From positions 1-47,267 of the forward strand of contig JBDTYL010000265.1 of NCBI GenBank assembly GCA_040005695.1: a stretch of 47,267 nucleotides of DNA. Reading direction: 5' to 3'. The translations under genes and the position numbers were made by a program. This stretch comes from a bacterium. Lineage in GTDB: Bacteria > Gemmatimonadota > Gemmatimonadetes > Gemmatimonadales > Gemmatimonadaceae. The notes under the pieces were generated by a model. It ran no database searches. It had not been told where the DNA came from and saw only the letters and a list, made by a program, of their open reading frames with translations. Shown here piece after piece: positions 27,176 to 35,089 of this stretch. The stretch's first letter is position 1; every line of letters begins with the position of its first letter.

Positions 27176-28005
27176 GACGCCTTCCTGCCCTTCTTCGCTG
27201 GCTTCTCGGTCGCCTCTGCATCCGCCTTCGCGGTAGCCGCGAGGCTCGCCTTGAGGGCGTCCATAAGGTCGATGATCTTGCTGCCGGTGTCCGGCGCGAT
27301 GTCGGTGGTGATGTCCTGGCCTTCCACCTTCCGCTGGATGGTCTCCATCACGCGCTCTCGCACGGTGTCCTTGTACTTCTCCGGCTCGAAGTTCTCGTTG
27401 GTGGTCTGCTCGATGAGCTGCTTGGCGAGCGTCAACTCCATCGGCTTCACGTCGCCGGCGGGGACTGTCACCTCGGTAGTGGGACGCACTTCGTCGGAGT
27501 AGTGAAGCTGCTCCATCACGAGCACGCCGTTGAGCGGGCGCAGGAGCACGAGGTGCTGCTGGCCGCGCGCGGCGTACTGGCCCAGCGCCGCCTTCCCGGT
27601 CTCGAGGAGTGCGGCGGCAAGCAGGCGGTAGGCGCGGTCGGCGCCCTTGTCGGGGCCGAGGTAGTAGACCTTCTCGAGGTACTCGCGGTCCACCTTGGCC
27701 AGGGGGACGAACTCGATGACGTCGATCATCCCCGTCGCCTTTTCCTCGATGGCCTTGAGGTCCTCGGTGGAGAGGACGACGTACTGGTCCTTGGCAAACT
27801 CGTAGCCCTTGACCGTGTCCGTGCGTTCGACGACCTCGTTGTTGTCCTTCGGGCAGATATACTGCTGCTTGAGCCGGCTGCCGCATTTCTTGTGCAGCAT
27901 GTTGAAGGACACGCTCGCCTTCGATTCCGCGGAGGAATAGAGGTTCACGGGGACCGAGACGAGGCCGAAGGAGATGGTGGCGTTGCCGATGGAACGGGCG
28001 GGCAT
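27172..28005 (-). CDS. ku: Ku protein (bacterial NHEJ DNA-end-binding protein)
   Basis: 277 aa. It has the classic bacterial Ku N-terminus (ARSIGNATISFGLVSVPVNLYSA-like), GYEF.KDQYV, YYLGPD and a Lys-rich C-terminal tail. Confidence 0.9.
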   Translation of the reverse strand: MPARSIGNATISFGLVSVPVNLYSSAESKASVSFNMLHKKCGSRLKQQYICPKDNNEVVERTDTVKGYEFAKDQYVVLSTEDLKAIEEKATGMIDVIEFVPLAKVDREYLEKVYYLGPDKGADRAYRLLAAALLETGKAALGQYAARGQQHLVLLRPLNGVLVMEQLHYSDEVRPTTEVTVPAGDVKPMELTLAKQLIEQTTNENFEPEKYKDTVRERVMETIQRKVEGQDITTDIAPDTGSKIIDLMDALKASLAATAKADAEATEKPAKKGRKAS

Positions 28006-28083
28006 GGGACTCTGCGGTTGAGTGGTTGGTGCTCGAATCTAGATTGCATCCGGCCGGGGGAAACTGCAACTCGGAGTGACGCC

Positions 28084-30726
28084 GTGGACGATGGGGAGGC
28101 CGACGACAACCTGAGCCGATACCGCGCCAAGCGGTCTGCCGACGACACCCCCGAGCCGATGGGGTCGGTGGCCGGCGGCAGCGGACACCTATTTGTTGTC
28201 CAGAAGCACGCGGCGCGCCAGCTGCACTACGACCTGCGCCTCGAGATGGACGGCGTGCTCAAGTCATGGGCGGTGCCGAAGGGGCCGTCGTACGACATGA
28301 GCGACAAGCGCCTCGCCGTGCACGTCGAGGATCACCCGCTCGAGTACGCCGACTTCGAGGGGATCATTCCCGCCGGCAACTACGGCGCCGGCGGCATGAT
28401 CGTATGGGACCGCGGGGAGTGGGTACCGCTCGAGGATTGGCGCGAAGGGCTCGTGAAGGGCAAGCTGCTCTTCGAGCTGCGCGGCATCAAGCTGCACGGC
28501 AAGTGGACGCTCGTGAAGATCAAGAAGAGCGAGAAGGACTGGCTGCTCATCAAGGAACGCGACGGCTTCGTGCGGCAGCCGGGTGACGACTTTGCCGAGA
28601 CGTCGGTGCTGTCGGGTCTCACGGTGGAGGAAGTGAAGGAGGGGCGGTCGCCGGCGGCGACGCTGCGCGCGGCGCTCGAGGACAGTGACGCCGCGCGCGC
28701 GCGGGTGGATCCCCGCAAGGTGGGCGCGATGCTCGCGGAGCCCGCCGACGAGGCGTTCACGCGTGACGGCTGGGTGTTCGAGCTCAAGCTCGACGGCTAC
28801 CGCCTGCTCGCGCGCAAGTCGCGCGGCGAGGTGCTGCTGCTCACGCGCAACGGCAACGACTACACGGCGGTGTTTCCCGAGGTCGTGCGTGCCCTCGAGG
28901 CGCTGCCGCTCGACGACTTCATCATCGACGGCGAGGTGGTTGTCCTCGACCCCGAGGGAAAGCCCAGCTTCTCGCGGCTCCAGCGGCGCGGCCGGTTGTC
29001 GTCGCCCATCGAGATCCGGCACGCGGCCGTCGAGCTCGCAGCCACGTTCTTCGCCTTCGACTTCATCGCGTTCGAAGAGTTCGATCTCCGGCCGCTGCCG
29101 CTGCTGGAGCGAAAGGCCCTGCTCCTCGACACCTTTCCGAAGCTCGGCATCGTGCGCACGCTCGATCACATCGAGCGCGAGGGCGAGCGATTCCTGGAAC
29201 AGGTCGCGGCGCTGGGACTCGAGGGCATCATCGCCAAGAAGGCGGACGCGCCGTATCGCGCGGGACGCAGCGACAAGTGGCTGAAGCTGAAGACCGATCG
29301 CACGGACGACTTCGTCATCGTCGGATTCACGGCGCCGCGACGCAGCCGCAGCCACATCGGCGCCCTGCAGCTGGCGGACCTGGTGGACGGACGGCTCGTC
29401 TACGCCGGCCGAGCAGGAACGGGGTTCGACGAGGCGAAGCTGCGCGAAGTGCACGCGTTGCTCGCGCCCACTGTGCGCGAGAGCGCTCCATGCGAGGGGC
29501 CGGTGACGTCGCCGGGTGCGGCACCGCTTGCGACTGCGGCGATTCCCGAGACGAAGACCACTACGTGGGTCGAACCGCAGTACGTGTGCGAAGTGCGGTT
29601 CCGTGAGTGGACGCCGGACGGCCTGCTTCGCCATCCGACATTCATCCGGATGCGGCCCGACAAGGATGCGCGCGACTGTGACCGTCAGGGCTGGGCGACA
29701 ACTGCGCCGGAGACCGACAACGAGGATCAGGAGGCGGATGAGGCGGTCGATGTCGGCGAGGCGCCGGCGGCGACGACGTATCCCGCGCGTGGCGGCGAGA
29801 GCGTCGTGCGCGAAGAGGCTGCCGCTGACACTCGGCGCATCGTTCCGTTCTCCAACCCGAAGAAGATCTACTGGCCCGCCGACGGCTACACCAAGGGCGA
29901 CCTCGTGGAGTACTACCGCGCCATCGCGCCGGCGATGCTGCCCTACCTGCGCGAGCGGCCGATGGTGCTCACGCGCTTTCCCGACGGCATCGACGGCAAG
30001 TCCTTCTACCAGAAGGACGCCCCCGAGTTTGCGCCGTCGTGGATCCGCACGGTGCCCATCTGGAGCGAGGACACGCAGCGCGAGATCAACTACTTCGTCT
30101 GCGACGACGTGGATTCGCTGCTCTATGTGGCGAACCTCGGCTCCATTCCGCTGCACATCTGGGCGAGCAGCGTGGGGTCGCTGGAGCTGCCCGACTGGTG
30201 TGTCATCGACCTCGACCCCAAGGAGGCGCCGTTCTCGGACGTCGTCCGCACGGCGCTCGTGCTGCGCAAGCTCTGCGAATCCATCGGCTACCCGAGCTAC
30301 GTGAAGACCACGGGGAAGACGGGCCTCCACATCCTGCTGCCGCTGGCGCGCCTGTGCACCTACGCGCAGTCGCGCACGCTCGGCGAGCTGCTCGCCCGCG
30401 TGGTGCTCCAGGAGCTTGGCGACATCGCCACGATCACGCGGCACGTGACCCGGCGCGGCGACAAGGTCTACATCGACTACCTCCAGAATCGCACGGGCCA
30501 GACGATCGTCTCGCCGTTCAGCGTGCGCCCGCTGCCCGGCGCCACGGTGTCGATGCCGCTGTTGTGGGAGGAGGTGAATGACTCGCTCGACCCGAAGGGA
30601 TTCACCATCCGGACGGCGCTGGCACGGATGGAGCGGCTCGGCAGGGATCCCGTGCTGCCGGTGCTGCGGGACATTCCGGACCTTCCTGGTGTATTGCAGA
30701 GTCTGGCGGCGGTTCTCACGTCGTGA
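28084..30726 (+). CDS. ligD: multidomain ATP-dependent DNA ligase LigD (phosphoesterase - ligase - polymerase/primase)
   Basis: The ORF is trimmed to GTG 28084, with a GGAG 7 nt upstream. Everything upstream of that is antisense to ku.
- Phosphoesterase domain: LSRYRAKRSADDTPEP, FVVQKHAARQLHYDLRLE
- Ligase domain: adenylation motif FELKLDGYR
- C-terminal LigD polymerase domain: YWPADGYTKGDLVEYY, KSFYQKD, KVYIDYLQN. Confidence 0.9.
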   Translation: MDDGEADDNLSRYRAKRSADDTPEPMGSVAGGSGHLFVVQKHAARQLHYDLRLEMDGVLKSWAVPKGPSYDMSDKRLAVHVEDHPLEYADFEGIIPAGNYGAGGMIVWDRGEWVPLEDWREGLVKGKLLFELRGIKLHGKWTLVKIKKSEKDWLLIKERDGFVRQPGDDFAETSVLSGLTVEEVKEGRSPAATLRAALEDSDAARARVDPRKVGAMLAEPADEAFTRDGWVFELKLDGYRLLARKSRGEVLLLTRNGNDYTAVFPEVVRALEALPLDDFIIDGEVVVLDPEGKPSFSRLQRRGRLSSPIEIRHAAVELAATFFAFDFIAFEEFDLRPLPLLERKALLLDTFPKLGIVRTLDHIEREGERFLEQVAALGLEGIIAKKADAPYRAGRSDKWLKLKTDRTDDFVIVGFTAPRRSRSHIGALQLADLVDGRLVYAGRAGTGFDEAKLREVHALLAPTVRESAPCEGPVTSPGAAPLATAAIPETKTTTWVEPQYVCEVRFREWTPDGLLRHPTFIRMRPDKDARDCDRQGWATTAPETDNEDQEADEAVDVGEAPAATTYPARGGESVVREEAAADTRRIVPFSNPKKIYWPADGYTKGDLVEYYRAIAPAMLPYLRERPMVLTRFPDGIDGKSFYQKDAPEFAPSWIRTVPIWSEDTQREINYFVCDDVDSLLYVANLGSIPLHIWASSVGSLELPDWCVIDLDPKEAPFSDVVRTALVLRKLCESIGYPSYVKTTGKTGLHILLPLARLCTYAQSRTLGELLARVVLQELGDIATITRHVTRRGDKVYIDYLQNRTGQTIVSPFSVRPLPGATVSMPLLWEEVNDSLDPKGFTIRTALARMERLGRDPVLPVLRDIPDLPGVLQSLAAVLTS

Positions 30727-30870
30727 CGATGCCCTGGCCGCGTGGACGATTAGTCGGCGCGTGATGTATCCCTCGACGATCAGCGCGCCCAATTGTATAC
30801 TGTTACCGCGGGACACATTGTATACCTGGCCTTCCACCTGGCAGCCCTCCGCGGGCTCCGAGGCACGTCC

Positions 30871-32232
30871 ATGAGCACCTTCAGTCGTCGCGCGACGATC
30901 GTCGCGCTGCTGGCGGCAGCAGCATCGCTCGCCACCCCGCCGTCCGCCGCTGCGCAGCAGCCAGCCTCCGGCGGCCCGCACTGGAATGCGTGGCTCGGCT
31001 GCTGGTCGGCCTCCCCTTCGGACAACATGTCGTCCGTCGCCGCCACCGCGCGCATCGTTTGCGTGGTGCCCACCGCGGACGCTGACGTCGTCGACGTCAC
31101 CGCCATCGCGGACGGCACCGTGCTCTCGCGCGACCGCATCGACGCGAGCGGGCGACCGCTTCTCATCGACTCCAACAACTGCAGGGGCTCCGAAAGCGCG
31201 CGCTGGTCGGCTGACGGACGTCGTGTGTTCCTCCAGTCCGCGGTCACCTGCGACGGCGTGCCGAACCGCATGTCGGCCGTGCTCGCGATCACCGGCGACG
31301 GCGAGTGGATCGACGCGCGCAGCACGTCGGCCGGCACGAGCCCCATGGTGCGCGTGGCGCACTATCACGACGTCGGGCTGCCCGCCACCGTGCCCGCCGA
31401 GCTCGCACAGGCGATGAGCGAACGGCGCGTGGCCACGATGGTCGCGCGTGGCGCAGCGGGCGCGCCAGTGGGCACAGCTTCCATCATCGAGGCATCGCGC
31501 CTGCTCGACGCGGCCACCCTCGAGGCCTGGACGCGCGCGAGCGGGCAGCGCTACGCGACCGATGCGCGCTCCCTCACTGAACTCGCGGACGCAGGCGTTC
31601 CGCCGAACGTGACGGACGCGATGATCTCGGTGACCAACCGCACCGTGTTCTCCAGCGACCGGCAGGATGTGACCATGGGCCGCTATGCGCAGCAGCGCGA
31701 TTGCGGTCTCTATGGCTGCTACGCGCGCGGCACGGACTACTACGGCGACCCGGGCACGACGCAGCGGTTGTACATCACGGTGTACAACGGATATGACCCG
31801 TGGGGTTTCGGCTACTGGCCGTTCGGGCGCCGGTTCGATCGCGGCATCGTGGGCTACGCGCCGTATGGCTACGCGCCGTACGGGTACGGTCGCTACGGCG
31901 ACGAACGGGGATGGGGCTACGGTTACGGGAATAACTACGGCGGACGTTCCGTAACGGGTTATACGCGGCCGCCCACGATTGTCCTGCACGCGAATCCAGG
32001 CGGGACGGAGTCGCGCGGACACTCCGAGAAGGGCAAGGGATATACGACCGGGGCAAGCGGTGCTCCGATGGCGCCACCCGCCGGACGCACTGCGACACCA
32101 CGCCCGAATTCTCCGGCGCAGGCGACGCACTCGGCACCGGCGCGCGAGCCCGAGCGCGCGGAGAGCCGGCCGAGTGGAAACGAGGGGAACCAGAATCACG
32201 GCGGCGGGAGGACGGCGAAGGGCCGTCCGTGA
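30871..32232 (+). CDS. secreted protein of unknown family, copy 2 (paralog of 18870..20063)
   Basis: Taken from ATG 30871 of ORF 30793..32232. It has a signal peptide and shares with copy 1 the motifs PHWNAWLGCWS, VRVAHYHDVGLPATVPA, ADAGVPPNVTDAM, a Gly/Tyr-rich tract (YAPYGYAPYGYGRYG..GWGYGYGNNYGG) and the ending RTAKGRP. Confidence 0.7.
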   Translation: MSTFSRRATIVALLAAAASLATPPSAAAQQPASGGPHWNAWLGCWSASPSDNMSSVAATARIVCVVPTADADVVDVTAIADGTVLSRDRIDASGRPLLIDSNNCRGSESARWSADGRRVFLQSAVTCDGVPNRMSAVLAITGDGEWIDARSTSAGTSPMVRVAHYHDVGLPATVPAELAQAMSERRVATMVARGAAGAPVGTASIIEASRLLDAATLEAWTRASGQRYATDARSLTELADAGVPPNVTDAMISVTNRTVFSSDRQDVTMGRYAQQRDCGLYGCYARGTDYYGDPGTTQRLYITVYNGYDPWGFGYWPFGRRFDRGIVGYAPYGYAPYGYGRYGDERGWGYGYGNNYGGRSVTGYTRPPTIVLHANPGGTESRGHSEKGKGYTTGASGAPMAPPAGRTATPRPNSPAQATHSAPAREPERAESRPSGNEGNQNHGGGRTAKGRP

Positions 32233-32290
32233 GCGCGGCAAGCGCGAAGGGCTAGTTGCCGCAGTGGGCACGGAGGAATGTGGAGGATCC

Positions 32291-32755
32291 CGTGTCGACA
32301 TCCATCGCCGGAAGCGCCTCTGTGGTAGCATGACCACGACTTCATGACAAACGATGAACCACAGAGGACACGGAGGACTGTGGGATTCGCGTGCAGTCCT
32401 CTGCAGTCCTCTGCGGCCCTCTGTGTCCTCTGTGGTTATTGCTCCTGTCGTCGTGCCGCAAGCTTTTCGTGTCGACATCCACCGCTTGATGCAACTCGTG
32501 GGAGCATGACCACGACTTCATGAAAAGCGATGAACCACAGAGGACACGGAGGACTGCGGGATTCGCGTGCAGTCCTCTGTGTCCTCTGTGGTTATTGCTC
32601 CTGTCGTCGTGCCGCCAGCTTTTCGTGTCGACATCCACCGGCTGATGCAACTCGTGGGAGCATGACCACGCCTTCATGACAAACGATGAACCACTGAGGA
32701 CACGGAGGACTGCGGGATTCGCGTGCAGTCCTCTGTGTCCTTCTGTAGCTATTAA
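32291..32755 (+). repeat. three tandem copies (176 and 156 nt period) of a composite repeat, each with a long hairpin
   Basis: The units start near 32291, 32468 and 32624. The hairpin cores are at 32357..32437 (with a 20-nt internal duplication), 32533..32592 and 32689..32750 (degenerate). The core reads AACCACAGAGGACACGGAGGACTGCGGGATTCGCGTGCAGTCCTCTGTGTCCTCTGTGGTT. This is the same family as 20131..20245. Confidence 0.8.
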
Positions 32756-32787
32756 CTGTCTCTGAAGTACCTGCGGCGGCAATATCG

Positions 32788-34026
32788 CTAGACGCTCATT
32801 ACCTTGCCGATGAAGACGATCGTCCCCGACGCCCGCTCGCGGATCACGAAGAGAAACGGACGCTCGGCACGCATGACGAGCGGCACGAAGCCGGACGTGG
32901 ACCCCACGAGAGTCCCTCCTGCCGAGGCGATGGTGCCGTCCTCGTTGACGTCGATGAGGGTCTTCTGCTTCACGACGCCGAGCGAAAGCTCGCGGCCGCG
33001 TGGCGACATGCGCGTGAAGTCGGCGCCGTTGGGGATGAAGGCGTCGCGCACCCCGAGGCCCTGGAGATCTGCGTTCAACGTGCGATCGTAGACAATGCGG
33101 AAGCGCGGCACGAACAGGTTCATGCCGACGTCCCGCACCTTGCCCACGAGGTCCGTCCATGCGCCCGCCTCGAGCAACGCGGCCACCGCATCGATGGTCA
33201 GTGAGCCGCGTGGCTGCACGATCATCATCGAGAACGCGCCGCCGCCGAAGGGCAGGTCCACTGCCTCGAGGTCGTGCGAGGCGTAGTAGAGCATGAGCCC
33301 GCGGCGGTACATGTAACTCGCCGCCTGCGGGCCGGCCGCGGCATAGAACACGTCGCTGTGGGTGTCCGCGGGGTCGAAGCGCGCATTCCAGTTGCCCCGG
33401 AAATAGCTCGTGTTGGTGAGCAGCAGCGACTGGCTCGAGTCGATGTGGTCCACGATGCTCGGGATGCGCCCGATGGATGCATCGCTCGCCCACATGTTGA
33501 TGGTCTGCACGGACGCCGGGCTCGCGAAGTCGAGCGCGCCGATCCGCGTGCCGGCCTCCGTGGCCGCGTACGACGGATTCAGGGGAAAGTCGCCGCGGTA
33601 CCACAGCGCGTTGCCGATGCTGAAGCTGCCGATGGGATCGAGGCTGCCGAGCAACGCGGTGAGCGACCGCACGCCGGACACGGGATCCGCTCCCGAGACG
33701 GCATCGAGCGAGAGCGCGCTGCGCATCTGGTCGTAGGTCGCGCCCTGCGCGCCGTCCATCGCGAGGCCGAGACCGAGCGCGGCGCCGAGCGGCGAGATCA
33801 TCATGCTGGTGCTGCCCTGTGCGGCGCTCGCCTGCCGGAACAACCGGAACGAGAAGGCGTTCGTCGCGGTCACCGCCTGCTGTTCGCTTGCGGTGAGGTC
33901 GCGGGGAAGGTCGGGGATGTGCGCCAAACTGGAGTTCGACGTGGCCCCGCCGGGATCCACGCTCGACGCGCACGCGGCCGACGCGAGCAATGCCATGGAG
34001 AACACGTTCCTGCGCAAGCCCATCAT
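32788..34026 (-). CDS. serpin-family protease inhibitor, lipoprotein
   Basis: 412 aa. It has a lipobox (LLASAAC), a serpin core and a C-terminus with the hinge/RCL region (EDGTIASAGGT) and the signature ERPFLFVIRE..G.IVFIGKV. A GAGGTGAG RBS overlaps the korB stop, 6 nt upstream. Confidence 0.85.
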   Translation of the reverse strand: MMGLRRNVFSMALLASAACASSVDPGGATSNSSLAHIPDLPRDLTASEQQAVTATNAFSFRLFRQASAAQGSTSMMISPLGAALGLGLAMDGAQGATYDQMRSALSLDAVSGADPVSGVRSLTALLGSLDPIGSFSIGNALWYRGDFPLNPSYAATEAGTRIGALDFASPASVQTINMWASDASIGRIPSIVDHIDSSQSLLLTNTSYFRGNWNARFDPADTHSDVFYAAAGPQAASYMYRRGLMLYYASHDLEAVDLPFGGGAFSMMIVQPRGSLTIDAVAALLEAGAWTDLVGKVRDVGMNLFVPRFRIVYDRTLNADLQGLGVRDAFIPNGADFTRMSPRGRELSLGVVKQKTLIDVNEDGTIASAGGTLVGSTSGFVPLVMRAERPFLFVIRERASGTIVFIGKVMSV

Positions 34027-34032
34027 CTCACC

Positions 34033-35088
34033 TCAGCGATACTTCTCCATCAGCGCCTGGAGCGCCGCATTGCCCGGGCAGAGTTGCTCGTACGTCAGGT
34101 CCACCAGCGGCGTGGGCACCGTCTTCGCCACCGCGTGCATGTCGGACCCACTCTCATCGAGGAAAAGCAAGCCCGTGGCCACTTCGTTCCGCTCCTGGCA
34201 GGCGCGCACATGGGCATACGCCGCAGCACGGTCCCCCGGATCGTACCCGTCGTGCGTTTTCCGGAAGCGCACCACGGAGCCATCGTGCATCGTCACCGTC
34301 GAGATCGCCTCGTTGGTGTCGGGTGCCGTGATCTCACGACGTAACGGCACGAAGTCGGCCGCCGAGATCTCCACTTCGTGCTCGCGCGTGAACTTGTAGC
34401 TCTTGGTGGACCCGTCGTGATCATTGAAGGTGACACACGGGGAGATGATGTCCACGAGGGCGAGCCCGTTGTGCGACAGGCCGGCCTTGAGGATGGGGAC
34501 GAGCTGCGCCTTGTCGCCCGAGAAGCTGCGGGCCACGAAGGTGGCACCGAGGGTGAGGGCGAGCAGCACGGGGTCGATGGGCGGCTGGACGTTCGCCTCG
34601 CCCTTCTTCGACGTGGAGCCGATGTCGGCCGAGGCGGAGAACTGGCCCTTGGTGAGCCCATAGACGCCATTGTTGTCCAGTACGTAGAGCATGCGGACGT
34701 TGCGGCGGATGGCGTGGCACAGCTGGCCGAGGCCGATCGAGAGGGAATCGCCGTCGCCCGAGATGCCGATGTACGTGAGGTCGCGGTTGGCGGCATTCGC
34801 GCCCGATGTCACGCTGGGCATGCGCCCGTGCACGGAGTTGAACCCGTGCGACTGGCGCATGAAGTAGGCAGTGGTCTTGGACGAGCAACCGATACCGCTC
34901 ATCTTCGCGGCGCGGTGCGGCGGCAGGTCGAGCTCGAAGCACGCCTGGATGAGTGCAGCCGTGACGGAGTCGTGCCCGCATCCCGCGCACAGCGTGGACA
35001 TCGCGCCCTCGTAGTCGCGCACGGTGAAGCCGAGGGCGTTCCGCTTCAGTCCGGGATGACGGACCGGTGGTTTGGCGATCGAGGCCAT
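34033..35088 (-). CDS. korB: 2-oxoacid:ferredoxin oxidoreductase, beta (TPP-binding) subunit
   Basis: 351 aa. Motifs: CAGCGHD, GIGCSS and the TPP motif GISGDGDSLSIG. It lies 1 nt after the alpha subunit stop. Substrate specificity (2-oxoglutarate or other 2-oxoacids) cannot be told from the sequence alone. Confidence 0.9.
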   Translation of the reverse strand: MASIAKPPVRHPGLKRNALGFTVRDYEGAMSTLCAGCGHDSVTAALIQACFELDLPPHRAAKMSGIGCSSKTTAYFMRQSHGFNSVHGRMPSVTSGANAANRDLTYIGISGDGDSLSIGLGQLCHAIRRNVRMLYVLDNNGVYGLTKGQFSASADIGSTSKKGEANVQPPIDPVLLALTLGATFVARSFSGDKAQLVPILKAGLSHNGLALVDIISPCVTFNDHDGSTKSYKFTREHEVEISAADFVPLRREITAPDTNEAISTVTMHDGSVVRFRKTHDGYDPGDRAAAYAHVRACQERNEVATGLLFLDESGSDMHAVAKTVPTPLVDLTYEQLCPGNAALQALMEKYR

Positions 35089-35089
35089 G

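Noticed and set aside
28264-32478. A 1404-aa ORF on the minus strand. It is the longest ORF in the track.
   Set aside because: It runs antisense to ligD and to the secreted-protein gene, and continues through the tandem repeats. The translation is Arg/Ala/Pro/Gly-rich with no recognisable motif. This is a typical high-GC shadow frame, whereas the plus-strand genes carry clear LigD motifs.
32291-32755. Possible CRISPR array, or protein repeats (HRGHRG...SWSCSHELHQ peptides in ORF 32342..33973).
   Set aside because: The units are 156-176 nt, directly abutting, with no unique spacers, so this is not CRISPR-like. The repeated peptides come from translating palindromic DNA on the strand opposite to nothing coding, and that ORF merges into the antisense of the serpin gene.
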